The notes below the pieces were generated by a model, which had not been told where the DNA came from, made no database searches, and saw nothing but the letters and a program-made list of their open reading frames with translations. Shown here piece by piece: positions 38,407-47,442 of a DNA stretch of 64,000 nt (the first letter of the stretch is position 1; each line of letters opens with the position of its first letter). This DNA comes from a virus (lineage: Duplodnaviria; Caudoviricetes): positions 1-64,000 of IMG/VR virus record IMGVR_UViG_2675903055_000001; one strand, given 5' to 3'. The position numbers and the translations under genes are program-made.

Positions 38407-38638
38407 GACGAACGAGTGGCGACGGCATCTTCATCTCGTTCCGCCGCAGACACGCCTCGATCTCTTCCCGATCCGAACGATCGAAGAAGCCCCGGAGGCG
38501 CACCACCACGAAGTCCCGCACACCCTCGATCACCCGGGTCGAACTCGCATAACGGCACCGCTGCTGCGGGATGTCATGCATGCGGGACCACGCCACCGCC
38601 TCGTCGCGACTGCCCGCACACACCACGTAGACCAGCAC
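38387..38638 (-). CDS. Hypothetical protein between terminase subunits
   Basis: GTG start adjacent to terS stop. Confidence 0.5.
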   Translation of the reverse strand: MLVYVVCAGSRDEAVAWSRMHDIPQQRCRYASSTRVIEGVRDFVVVRLRGFFDRSDREEIEACLRRNEMKMPSPLVRRDERGS

Positions 38639-38639
38639 G

Positions 38640-39077
38640 TCAGCCCCCGATCGCCGCACGGTAGTCCGCGATCGCCGTCACCCCAGCCGGAGCCTGCTGC
38701 ACCGCAGGCTTCCGCTCCAACTCGATACGCGCCCGACGACGATCCCCCTCCGTCGACAGCAACCGCGCCATCACACTGTCCAGCGCCGCAACGAACTGCC
38801 CGTTCGGCGGCCGGTCCGACGACAGACCACGCGACATCAACTCCGCCGCATACCGGGCCACCGCCCAGTCCGACGGCTGATAGAACACGGCCTGCCCCGA
38901 CTCCCGCAGCGACAGATACCAGTCCCGCGCAATCGGATGCCACAGCTCATCCGGCTCCGGCAGATCCGGCAGATCCGTCGGCGGACCCGACGGCGCCTGC
39001 ACCAGACCGGGCCCCTCGTCCTTGTTCCGGCGGCGGCGCTCCTCGCTCCGCTTCGGAATCGGACCATGTGTGCCCAT
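38640..39077 (-). CDS. Terminase small subunit
   Basis: GPIPKRSEERRRRNK...WHPIARDWY.SL.ESGQ...GDRRR. Confidence 0.85.
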   Translation of the reverse strand: MGTHGPIPKRSEERRRRNKDEGPGLVQAPSGPPTDLPDLPEPDELWHPIARDWYLSLRESGQAVFYQPSDWAVARYAAELMSRGLSSDRPPNGQFVAALDSVMARLLSTEGDRRRARIELERKPAVQQAPAGVTAIADYRAAIGG

Positions 39078-39165
39078 GACGACCTCCTGGGTCAAGACCA
39101 CGCGCCACCCAGGGCGCGCAGAGGGCCTGACGTAACGACGCCCCGCGAGGGACGCCGCCAGGGCG

Positions 39166-39804
39166 TCACATCAACGAGGCGAGAACACCGGCCGCATCAG
39201 GCAGCTCGGCAAGCTCAAGAGGAGTGCCCGGAACCCGGTCACCCACGATCATGTAGCGGCGGTCCGAGTACACCTCAACCGCCACCTCACCGCGACGAAT
39301 CCGGCGGCCAGCCGAGACCTGGCCGCGGAACCACAAGTGCAGACCCGTACCAGACCGACCACGCTCCATGTACGTCGCCGGCAGCCGGTCGATGATGGCC
39401 TGCGCCCACGACAGCACCCGGCCCTCCTCGACAGCGTGGTCGAGGTCGACGACGACAATCCCATCGCTGCCCGCCAGGACGAAGCCGACGCCCTCACCAG
39501 CCTGCGCCTGCACCGCAGTCGGAAAGTCCGACCACGACGACGGGTCATCCACTGACGCGAAACGACCATCCACCCGCAGCGGCACCTTCCGAGACGAGTA
39601 CCGCACCCACCGCGGGCGCCCCGTCAACTCGGCTGGCACGCGAGCCACCTGCTCCGCCGCCACCCGCTGCTGCTGTACACGCCGCCGCTCGCGGTATGCG
39701 GCCTGCCTGCACCGCGACGAACAGAACCGCGCATCCGCCCGAGCCGTCAAGGGCATCGGCCCCGCGCAGCGCTCGCACTCGGTGCGGCAGGTCGTCGAGA
39801 TCAT
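39166..39804 (-). CDS. Zn-finger + primase/polymerase-like (Prim-Pol) domain protein
   Basis: CERC...FCSSRCR; GIVVVDLDH, ERGRSGTGLHLW, EVYSDRRY. Confidence 0.75.
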   Translation of the reverse strand: MISTTCRTECERCAGPMPLTARADARFCSSRCRQAAYRERRRVQQQRVAAEQVARVPAELTGRPRWVRYSSRKVPLRVDGRFASVDDPSSWSDFPTAVQAQAGEGVGFVLAGSDGIVVVDLDHAVEEGRVLSWAQAIIDRLPATYMERGRSGTGLHLWFRGQVSAGRRIRRGEVAVEVYSDRRYMIVGDRVPGTPLELAELPDAAGVLASLM

Positions 39805-39976
39805 GACCCAAGCCTAGAGGATGCGCGTTACGGCTGTAGCCCTTTGACCAGCACCGTAACCGTACCGAGACAGATCACACGAGCAGGCGTTGACTAGACC
39901 TGTCAGCCATCCGTGCAGGTCGGCGGCCTAGGGAACCCGTACAGAGAGTCAGGTGCTATACGGCCCCGATGGCAAT

Positions 39977-40190
39977 GATCATGGGACCAAGATCATCCCC
40001 CCAGATGATCTTGAAACGGATGATCTTGGACCAAGATCAAGGATCAAGGAATCTTCTTGATCAACGATCAAGGTCAGGCTTGATCCACTTCGTCAGCAAG
40101 ATCAACCCGCCATCGAAAGCGTCGCTAGCGATCTTCATCGCTTCGCTTTTCGATCTTCTTCAATCGATCTTCGCGAAAGATCAAAAGATC
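39977..40190. repeat. GATC-rich, lower-GC repeat cluster (candidate pac/cos-associated or origin site)
   Basis: 15 GATC tetramers counted in 214 bp, mostly in AAGATC/GATCTT/GATCAA contexts. Confidence 0.7.
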
Positions 40191-40356
40191 TTGTTGCTGC
40201 TCAACGCCTTGCTCGCATGCCCAACGCGTCTGCCTCACCCCTATGCCATGCCCTACCGGTGCCCCACCACCGGAGAGGAGGGGGCCGACGTGGTGGCGCG
40301 CCCAGCCTGCCTTGCCCATGCTCTGAGGGTTGCCTTGTGGTTGCGTCAGCTACCTG

Positions 40357-40866
40357 TCAGCTCGCCTTGGGTTGGACAGCTCGCCTGGCGTTGAGGTTCC
40401 TTCGGGCGGTTCGATAGTTCCGACGCCAGCACTCCCGGCACTGTCGCCGGCCGGACTTGGGCTCGACGTAGTACGCATCGGATCGAGTCAGGTCGTGGCC
40501 GTTCTTGCACCTGCCACCTTGACGAGCGTCGTATCCGCGTTGGATGTTCACGGCCCGTGCGACTGGCTCAAGGTGTCCAGGGTTGACGCATGCCCGATTG
40601 CGGCACAGGTGGTCCAGTTCGGCACCTTCAGGGATGGGGCCACAGTGTTCGGCGTAGAGGACGCGTTGGGCCAATCGCGTCCCGTGGATCTGGCGTGAGG
40701 TCTTGCCGTAGCCGTTGGAGTAGCGCGCGCCTTGCCACTCCCAGCATCCCGTTGGGGCGACGGCGTAGTGCAGGAGGTTGTTCAGGTGCGGGTCGCCTGT
40801 GGTGCCGGTCGTTCTTGCGCGGCGGTAATGGAGTTCGCACATGCCGTTCCTCAGTCGGCCGGGCAC
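40357..40866 (-). CDS. HNH endonuclease with C-terminal zinc finger
   Basis: GCWEWQG...YG..., ELDHLCRNRACVNPGHL, CKNGH...RQCREC. Confidence 0.88.
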   Translation of the reverse strand: MPGRLRNGMCELHYRRARTTGTTGDPHLNNLLHYAVAPTGCWEWQGARYSNGYGKTSRQIHGTRLAQRVLYAEHCGPIPEGAELDHLCRNRACVNPGHLEPVARAVNIQRGYDARQGGRCKNGHDLTRSDAYYVEPKSGRRQCRECWRRNYRTARRNLNARRAVQPKAS

Positions 40867-40954
40867 GCACTCTTCGTTGCCGATCTGGCAGGGGCGCGTG
40901 CGTGTGCCCTGTCCTTGCAGGTCTGTGGCCTGCTGGTCGCCGCAGCGTGGTCGT

Positions 40955-41230
40955 TCAGCGGCGTCGTCGTACTGAAGTGCGGCCGACGTTGCGGCGGTCG
41001 CCAGGCCAGACCCCTGTCATGTCCCGGTGGAGGCGGGCGCAATATCCGGCGGCGCGGCTGCCGAGGTAGCGCCTGAGGTGGCGGTTGCACCGGGTGAAGT
41101 CCGACGGGGTGTTCCAGCGGATCTTGGTGGTCCCGCCCTTGCCGGGGCCCCAGTATTGCTTCAGGGCGGCGGCATTGCCGCGGTTGCCGCGTCCGCTGCG
41201 GCCTCGGCTTCCCCTGCCTTTGCTGGCCAC
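40955..41230 (-). CDS. Basic hypothetical phage protein
   Basis: KIRWNTPSDFTRC.RHL..YLG...GYCARLH. Confidence 0.65.
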   Translation of the reverse strand: MASKGRGSRGRSGRGNRGNAAALKQYWGPGKGGTTKIRWNTPSDFTRCNRHLRRYLGSRAAGYCARLHRDMTGVWPGDRRNVGRTSVRRRR

Positions 41231-41235
41231 GTGGA

Positions 41236-41427
41236 TCACTCCTCGGGCTGCTGGTTCTGGTCGATGCGGGTGATGGTGGCTCCGCTGTGTGCGGGTACGG
41301 CGATGCAGGTGCCGTGTGGGTCGGCGAGTACGGCCCAGCCGTGGTCGATGGTGAGGGTGAGGTGGCTGTCCTCGGCGAGGATGTCCTCGCCCTGCCCCTT
41401 CGGGTAGCGGATCAGGAACGCGGGCAT
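41236..41427 (-). CDS. Hypothetical protein
   Basis: Coupled small ORF. Confidence 0.55.
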   Translation of the reverse strand: MPAFLIRYPKGQGEDILAEDSHLTLTIDHGWAVLADPHGTCIAVPAHSGATITRIDQNQQPEE

Positions 41428-41663
41428 GGCTGGCCCGTCTCGTAGTCGACCTTGTACCAGTCGAGGTTGTGCGTGCGGGGAAGGTCGGCGCTGCCTGTGG
41501 CGGGCCCGTAGACCCTGATGCGTGGGTGCGTGGGGATGTCAGCGAGGGCGGGCAGATCGCGGACACCATTCCGCTGCCACGTCTGGATGAGAGTCTCTGC
41601 CTGGTCGGCGAGTGCGAAGAGCTGGCCCGTGGGGACTGGGATGGCTACGGACAGAATGGCCAT
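41412..41663 (-). CDS. Hypothetical protein
   Basis: Small ORF in operon. Confidence 0.45.
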   Translation of the reverse strand: MAILSVAIPVPTGQLFALADQAETLIQTWQRNGVRDLPALADIPTHPRIRVYGPATGSADLPRTHNLDWYKVDYETGQPCPRS

Positions 41664-41681
41664 GGCGCGGGCCTCTCGGCG

Positions 41682-41927
41682 TCAGGTTGCTGGGCAGGCG
41701 ATGGTGTCGCTCTCGGCGCGGTAGAAGTCGAGGTGCGCGTCCGGGGCAATGCCGAGGATCTCAGCGAGTTGCTGGACGCTTCCTGACATCGGCGTGATCG
41801 TCGGGGTGAGGGGTCGTGCGAGGTGCACCCGTTTGAGGTGGGCCTGGTGGAGGAGCGCTTGGGTGGCGGCGGCTGTGGGGTCTTCGCCGTGGGCCACCCG
41901 GATCATGGCGGTGAGCATCGTCTTCAC
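41682..41927 (-). CDS. Hypothetical protein
   Basis: Overlaps HNH stop. Confidence 0.5.
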   Translation of the reverse strand: MKTMLTAMIRVAHGEDPTAAATQALLHQAHLKRVHLARPLTPTITPMSGSVQQLAEILGIAPDAHLDFYRAESDTIACPAT

Positions 41928-42217
41928 CTGAGTCCGGGGTGTTGTTCGGGTGGGCGCCGTCTGCCGGGCCGCGGGTTGGCGCGTTGTGCGGCGTTGCCCT
42001 CGGCGCTGGACTTGCGGCCGTGGCATTCGGCGCACACGCCCTGCAGTTTCGACGGCTGGTGATCGTCGGTCTTGGCTTTGATGTGGTCGCAGTGGGAGCT
42101 GGGCCGCACGCCGCAGAGGACGCAGATCACGTCCCTGGCGAGAACTTCGGCCCGGATCTTCTTCCAGCCCGGCGGCAGGCGGTCAACGCGGTCCGAGCCC
42201 TGCCAGCCGCCGCTCAT
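41924..42217 (-). CDS. Small packaging-associated HNH endonuclease
   Basis: W..IRAEVLARD..C.LC....CDHI......LQGVCAECH..KS. Confidence 0.85.
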   Translation of the reverse strand: MSGGWQGSDRVDRLPPGWKKIRAEVLARDVICVLCGVRPSSHCDHIKAKTDDHQPSKLQGVCAECHGRKSSAEGNAAQRANPRPGRRRPPEQHPGLR

Positions 42218-42612
42218 AGCCACATCACCGCTGAGGCGTTGATGATGAGGTGCATCGTGTTGTCGGCAATGATCATCAGCCACACGGCCATCCACGGAGG
42301 GCGATCATTGTGGTAACCGGTCCCGGAGCATTCCGACCACGGATGCCGGTAGCTTGCGGGCGCCATCAGGTTCTTCACCCACACCACGTGCCGGGCGAGT
42401 CGGTAGCGGTCTATGACGGCGTGCGTCACGACGATGATGGCGAGCGCGGCGGGTGACTGGGTGACGAGGAGAAACGGCAGCCCGTAGGTGAGGGCGTGTG
42501 CCCAGGCGGGCCACCAGCGTTTCGTCTTCTCGTTCGCCATCCAGTCGGATTGGATGAGGTAGTCCCCGGTGAGATGCGCGAGAAGGATTCCGAATGCCGT
42601 CGCGCCGCTCAC
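42214..42612 (-). CDS. DUF3307-like membrane protein
   Basis: LAHLTGDYLIQSDWMA..K...HA..Y...H..ID...DNTMH. Confidence 0.78.
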   Translation of the reverse strand: MSGATAFGILLAHLTGDYLIQSDWMANEKTKRWWPAWAHALTYGLPFLLVTQSPAALAIIVVTHAVIDRYRLARHVVWVKNLMAPASYRHPWSECSGTGYHNDRPPWMAVWLMIIADNTMHLIINASAVMWL

Positions 42613-42851
42613 GGCTCGTCGTCCTCGTCGGCGAGTGAGTAGCCGCTGTTTTCGACGGCTTGTGCGGCGGTGACCATGCCGAGTGCGGTGATCCAGTCGA
42701 CTGCGTCGGAGCGGCCCTTCACCAGGTGGACGCTGCCGTCGGCTTTGATGACTTTGAGGATGACGATGGCGTCCATGGCCATGTCGCCTTCGTCGAGGTC
42801 GGCGACGAGGCCGATCGCGTCGAGCATCTGCCCGATGTGCTGCTCAGCCAC
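42609..42851 (-). CDS. Hypothetical protein
   Basis: Acidic small ORF coupled to neighbour. Confidence 0.55.
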   Translation of the reverse strand: MAEQHIGQMLDAIGLVADLDEGDMAMDAIVILKVIKADGSVHLVKGRSDAVDWITALGMVTAAQAVENSGYSLADEDDEP

Positions 42852-42973
42852 GGCGGCTCCTGATGTTGGCGTCTCGCACGTCTTTGAGCTGGCCGAGGAG
42901 GCACGTCCACGCCCAGGTCCCGGCCAAGCCGACGCCTGGCAACGCCAGCGCGCCAAGCAGGCTTGGCCACGTC

Positions 42974-43516
42974 TCAGCCACGGCGTGACCACCACCAGAC
43001 GCCGAGCGTGTCGCCACGCATCGACTCGACGCCGCCGCCGAGCTGGGCGAGGACGGTGTCCATGTCGTCGGGGTCCCACTGGTGGACGTGGGCTTCGTGC
43101 GGGTTGCCGTCGACTGTGCCTTGCTGGGAGTCGACGATGGGCACCGAGGCGAGGATGTGCCAGGCGCCGGCGGCCTCGATGCGCTCCAGCAGTGCGACGG
43201 CGTCTTCGCGGGGCATGTGTTCGAGGACGTCGCCGAGGATGACGAGGTCCCGATGGAACAGGTGGCCCGCCGAGTCGCGCACGTCTTCGGTGTGGATCTC
43301 GTCGTACATGGTGCGCGTCTTCGTCGACTTGAGCTTGTACTTGGCCACGTAGGGCTTGTGGATCTCGACTGCGGTCCACCACACGCCCTTGTGCACGGGC
43401 CGGAACAGCTTCGCGTAGGTGCCTTCGCCGGGGCCGACGTCGCACACGGTGTCGGGCAGGTGCTGCTCGAACCTCGCGAGGGACCAGTCCTTGCCCTCGG
43501 CGTCACTCGTCGGCAT
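42974..43516 (-). CDS. Class I SAM-dependent methyltransferase
   Basis: VCDVGPGEG motif I; DLVILGDVLEHM. Confidence 0.88.
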   Translation of the reverse strand: MPTSDAEGKDWSLARFEQHLPDTVCDVGPGEGTYAKLFRPVHKGVWWTAVEIHKPYVAKYKLKSTKTRTMYDEIHTEDVRDSAGHLFHRDLVILGDVLEHMPREDAVALLERIEAAGAWHILASVPIVDSQQGTVDGNPHEAHVHQWDPDDMDTVLAQLGGGVESMRGDTLGVWWWSRRG

Positions 43517-43890
43517 CAGGGGCCTCCTGGTTCACCGACCGCACGTTGAATGGGTGCGGGAATCTTGGGTATCTCGACAGCGCTCTGGATCTTCGCCAGG
43601 GTGTCGGTCACTACGTCGGTCCACGCGGTCATATCCCGCCTGAACTGATCGTCGACCAGGTAGTCGGTCACGTCGTTGGCGGGGATCTCGACCGTTTCCT
43701 CGAAGACGAGGACAGCGCGGGCACCGACTCGTTCAGCGAGGCTTTGCCACTGGTCGTTCCTCGGGTCCAGTTCGCCCTTCATCGCGACGCAATCAAGGGG
43801 CAGGTCGTCTACCACGAGCGCGAACGGCGTCTCGTAGGTGCCGTCCGCGTGCTCAACCTCGGGCAGTTCGAGGATCTGGAGACGGGCCAT
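43516..43890 (-). CDS. Hypothetical protein
   Basis: MARLQILELP...PFALVVD; coupled. Confidence 0.65.
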   Translation of the reverse strand: MARLQILELPEVEHADGTYETPFALVVDDLPLDCVAMKGELDPRNDQWQSLAERVGARAVLVFEETVEIPANDVTDYLVDDQFRRDMTAWTDVVTDTLAKIQSAVEIPKIPAPIQRAVGEPGGP

Positions 43891-44102
43891 CAGCCGTCGC
43901 CTCGCTTGAGTGCCCCGCGGAGGGTGTCGCCGATCTCTAGGAGGGCCTGCGTGGCGGCGACCAGGGCGTAGACCTGGGCTTTCGCGGCGCGGGCTTGGAT
44001 TTCGTGGGCGGAGACGTTGCCTTGCGGCATGGCGTTGAGTTCCTGCGCGGTCTGGTCGAGGGTGCGCTCGGCGAGTTCGCGGTAGCTGGGCACGCCGGCC
44101 AT
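43890..44102 (-). CDS. Hypothetical protein
   Basis: TGATG-coupled ORF. Confidence 0.6.
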   Translation of the reverse strand: MAGVPSYRELAERTLDQTAQELNAMPQGNVSAHEIQARAAKAQVYALVAATQALLEIGDTLRGALKRGDG

Positions 44103-44281
44103 CAGCCGGTCACCGGCTCGTTGTGGCGGTGGATGCTGCGGACGTTGTCGACGGGGGCGAAGGCGACGGCCTCGCTGCCGGTGTAGAAGGTGTAGTCGCG
44201 GGCTTCGTCGTCGTACTTCACTCCGTCGGCTTCGACGGTTTCGGTGTCGCCGGTGAGGTAGTTGATCGTGTAGCGGGCCAT
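44102..44281 (-). CDS. Hypothetical protein (not in ORF track)
   Basis: MARYTINYLTGDTETVEAD...; TGATG coupling at both ends. Confidence 0.65.
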   Translation of the reverse strand: MARYTINYLTGDTETVEADGVKYDDEARDYTFYTGSEAVAFAPVDNVRSIHRHNEPVTG

Positions 44282-44655
44282 CAGCCGGTCACCGCCTTGT
44301 GCTGGCTGGTGTGGATGGTCTCGGGCTCCTCATCGACGAGCGTGTACGTCTTACCGCCGTCGGTCGACATGCTGCGCGAGTCGCGGACGTTCTGCCAGAA
44401 CGGCACGCCGCCCATCTCCTGCGCCCGGTCGATCCATTCGGCGGGGTCGTCGGTGAGCGGGCTGAGCGGCTGGAAGCGGAGCAGCTTTTCCAGGACCAGC
44501 GCGGAGTGCTCGGCGGAGAAGCCGCTGTGGCCCATGGCGGCGAAGGCTTCGATGACCTTGCAGAGGCCGTTCGTGAGCCATTCGTCTTCGCCGATGAGGG
44601 CGAGTTCGCGGCGGGCGTGGGTGACCAGCGGGCTTTCAGTGGCGGTGTGGGCCAT
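44281..44655 (-). CDS. Hypothetical phage protein
   Basis: HARRELALIG...GHSGFSA...PLSPLTDDPAEW. Confidence 0.7.
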   Translation of the reverse strand: MAHTATESPLVTHARRELALIGEDEWLTNGLCKVIEAFAAMGHSGFSAEHSALVLEKLLRFQPLSPLTDDPAEWIDRAQEMGGVPFWQNVRDSRSMSTDGGKTYTLVDEEPETIHTSQHKAVTG

Positions 44656-44671
44656 GGCGCGGGCTCCTGTG

Positions 44672-45055
44672 TCAGTGAGGGTCGGCGGGGAGGTTGACGA
44701 GCCGAAGGGGGTGTTCGTGTTCGTCGAGGGTGGTGAGGGTGTGGGTGAGGAGTCCTCGGAGGATGGAGCGTTCGCGGCGGTTGTCGGGGATGCCGCCGGG
44801 CTGGTCGACGACGCTGAGGGTGTGCCCGTCGGTCCAGGCGTAGGTGAGCGTGGTGGGCTTCTGTTGCAGCTTGGCCATCTGCTCTAGCGCGTATTCGTTG
44901 AGGGTGCGCATGAGGTCTTCGCCGTCGATGGTGTGGCAGAGGGAGCAGATGCGGACTGAGGCGGTGGCGTGGGCGGGCTTGTTGTACTGCCACGCGTGCT
45001 CGCAAAGACTGTCGGCAGCCATCGGCTCGTTGTCGGGCGGGCCGGGAACATTCAT
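44672..45055 (-). CDS. Hypothetical protein
   Basis: CxH...CxxC motif. Confidence 0.55.
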   Translation of the reverse strand: MNVPGPPDNEPMAADSLCEHAWQYNKPAHATASVRICSLCHTIDGEDLMRTLNEYALEQMAKLQQKPTTLTYAWTDGHTLSVVDQPGGIPDNRRERSILRGLLTHTLTTLDEHEHPLRLVNLPADPH

Positions 45056-45128
45056 GGCGCGGGCTCCTTGTGTTGGGAGGGAGCCTGCTGCCCGCACCCT
45101 CCCGACGGCGGGCAGCAGGGGTCTTAGG

Positions 45129-45596
45129 TCAGTTGTCGGCACCCGGGTTGTCGTCTGCGTCGCACGCTTCAAGGACGATGCGGCGGATCTCCGGATCGGC
45201 GAACTCGAAGGCTTCCTGGCGCCTGGCTGCCGTTTCGTCTTCGACGTACCGCTGGTATTCGTCCCAGTGCTGGACGACCAGCCGTTCGGTGGCGGCTTTA
45301 CGAGCTTCGAGGTTGATCTGCCATGAGTCGTAGAGACCCGGGATGTGGTTGCGGCAGACGACGCGGCGCTTCGCCCTGATCTTGGGTCGGCAGCGGTCGT
45401 TGCAGCGGTCGCGCCAGCAGCACTCGCGAACCTCGGTCAGCGTGACTGCGACCGGAGGGCCGCAGGGCGTGCTCTTCGGCTTACACGCCCAAGCGCAGCT
45501 AATGCCATCCCCGGGGGTCCAGGCTCGAATGTGCACCAAATCCCGGCGGTCTCCACTGCCGATCTTCTGGACCGTGTTCGCGGTGAACTCTTCCAT
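45129..45596 (-). CDS. Cys-rich hypothetical protein
   Basis: RBS GGAG; several CxxxC motifs. Confidence 0.55.
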   Translation of the reverse strand: MEEFTANTVQKIGSGDRRDLVHIRAWTPGDGISCAWACKPKSTPCGPPVAVTLTEVRECCWRDRCNDRCRPKIRAKRRVVCRNHIPGLYDSWQINLEARKAATERLVVQHWDEYQRYVEDETAARRQEAFEFADPEIRRIVLEACDADDNPGADN

Positions 45597-45988
45597 GTTC
45601 CACTCCAGGGTGTGGCGGAAGCCCCGGCCCCTGGATGGTCCGGGGCTTCCTTCCCGCCGGGATCAGCGGCGGGCGACTACGGGGATGTTGGTGGCCGCCC
45701 CGTGCCCTCGGCGGGGCGGCCACCATGGGGCTCAACAGCAGGGGGCTGGAGCACCCGGTCTATGCGTGCCGCGGGGCACGTTGGGGTGTGGTCCGCCTGG
45801 CCCTCAGTCAGGCGGACCGCGGCGCCGCACCGTGCCGCTTCGAGGCCGGCACGGTGCGCGTCGGGGTGTGTGGGGTATGGGGCCCGCCCGGTCGTGACGA
45901 AGCGACTCGGGCGGGCCGTGCGGGGGCGCCGCAGCAGCCAGCCCATGGCTGGGGCGCTCGCCCGCGCCTGCCCCGCACGGCAGGCGTC

Positions 45989-46225
45989 TCAGGCCGCGTC
46001 GACGCGAACTCGTCGAACCACGGGTGGTGCAGGGGTAGGGGCGATGACGTTGTTGTCGTCGTCGCGTTGTGCGGGGCTGATCTCCATCAGGTCGTATCGG
46101 GCGCCTTTGCCTTGTCCGTATACGGTGATGCGGCCTTCGGATGCCCATCGCCAGATGGTGCCGACAGGGCGGCCGGTCCAGTAGGCGACGTCGGATGCGG
46201 TAGCGAGCGCGACTCCGGAGGGCAT
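45989..46225 (-). CDS. HTH DNA-binding protein
   Basis: TASDVAYWTGRPVGTIWRWASEGRI. Confidence 0.72.
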   Translation of the reverse strand: MPSGVALATASDVAYWTGRPVGTIWRWASEGRITVYGQGKGARYDLMEISPAQRDDDNNVIAPTPAPPVVRRVRVDAA

Positions 46226-46365
46226 GTTCACCTCCCGGGTACGACGAAAGGCCGCCCTGTGCGGGGCGGCCTTAGCGCGGAAGTCAGTCGATCTAAGCAA
46301 ATAGTCGCTTCGGTCTCAGGGGTTTGTCAACCATTCACCTACGCGCCTGTCAAGGGCTTGGCACG

Positions 46366-46719
46366 TCAAAGGAGGCGAGCAGCGTTCTTTTCGTTCCGGA
46401 CGGTGATCTCGTTGCCGTCCCATATGAGCGTGTCGCCTGGTTTGGTGACGACTGGTTGTTCGCTGCCGCGTTGGATGACGTAGCCGCCGTGCCCGGTGAC
46501 GGTGCGGTAGCCGTGTTGGCGGCACCAGCGCGCTGGGATGTCAACGAGCATGGACCATGTGATGGTGAGTCGGGTTGGGTCGGCGGCTTCCCGGTTGCAG
46601 ACCATGCGCCGCATCAGAGCGGCCGTGTGGCGGAGCTGCCTGCTTCGCCGGGCGCTGATCCACGGGCTGTGAGACTCGCGCTCGTACTGTTCGGCGAGTT
46701 CAGCTAGCGAGCTGGGCAT
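46366..46719 (-). CDS. Hypothetical protein
   Basis: Codon bias; operon context. Confidence 0.6.
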   Translation of the reverse strand: MPSSLAELAEQYERESHSPWISARRSRQLRHTAALMRRMVCNREAADPTRLTITWSMLVDIPARWCRQHGYRTVTGHGGYVIQRGSEQPVVTKPGDTLIWDGNEITVRNEKNAARLL

Positions 46720-46720
46720 C

Positions 46721-47191
46721 CTAGGTCTCCTTGTAGCGGGAGAAGGCGTCGCGGATGGCGGTGTCGTGGGCGAGGCAGCGGACGCAGTCGGTGTGCCAGT
46801 CGTCGTGGCCGTGCTCGTGTTCGTCGGCGAGCTGATCGAGGACGGCTTCGAGTGGGTGCGGGACGCGCCAGCCTCGGCCGGCTCGGCTGCATGCGGGGCA
46901 GATGCCGATGGCCATCTGGACGGGTCCGGTGTGGGTGGGGTCGGGGATGCTGTCGCCCCACTGGTGGCCGCCGGAGTGGCGTCCGCAGAGGATGCACGGC
47001 AGCCAGTACAGCCCGCGTTTGTGGGCGTGCCGTCGGTGGATCCAGGTCCAGGACTGGGGCAGGTGCCGTATCCACTGGCCCCTGGTTGGCGCGCTGGTGG
47101 ACAGGAGCGGGGTCATGCGCAGCCGCCGGTACCAGAGTCGTTCGAGCCAGGTCAGTGGCCGCTGTGTCAGGGTGACGGTGTACCGGGTCAT
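46721..47191 (-). CDS. Hypothetical Zn-binding protein
   Basis: CILC...CPAC...CVRC. Confidence 0.6.
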   Translation of the reverse strand: MTRYTVTLTQRPLTWLERLWYRRLRMTPLLSTSAPTRGQWIRHLPQSWTWIHRRHAHKRGLYWLPCILCGRHSGGHQWGDSIPDPTHTGPVQMAIGICPACSRAGRGWRVPHPLEAVLDQLADEHEHGHDDWHTDCVRCLAHDTAIRDAFSRYKET

Positions 47192-47442
47192 GCTGCCGCC
47201 CTGGGGCTGGTGGTGTGGGCGATGGCGCGGACTTCGAGAGCGTCGGCTTCGAGGTCGAGGATTGCTGCGAGAGTGTCGAGGTCGCAGTCAGGGGCGTCGG
47301 CGAGGTTGCGGCTGCTCGACGCGATGGCCCGTAGGAGGGCGATGACGGTGTCGCAGCCGAGGTAGGGCTGCCCGTCGCTTCCAACTGCGAGGGGTAGTCC
47401 GGTGGCGACCGGGGGCACGGGCCCGTCCTGGTCGTCGTTCAT
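47188..47442 (-). CDS. Hypothetical protein, paralog of 61093-61344
   Basis: Shared LLR.I/VA...ILD..ADALEVRAI. Confidence 0.65.
   Translation of the reverse strand: MNDDQDGPVPPVATGLPLAVGSDGQPYLGCDTVIALLRAIASSSRNLADAPDCDLDTLAAILDLEADALEVRAIAHTTSPRAAA

Noticed and set aside
39969-40394. 141-aa ORF across the GATC island
   Set aside because: Atypical composition arising from the repeats; no RBS; more plausibly non-coding
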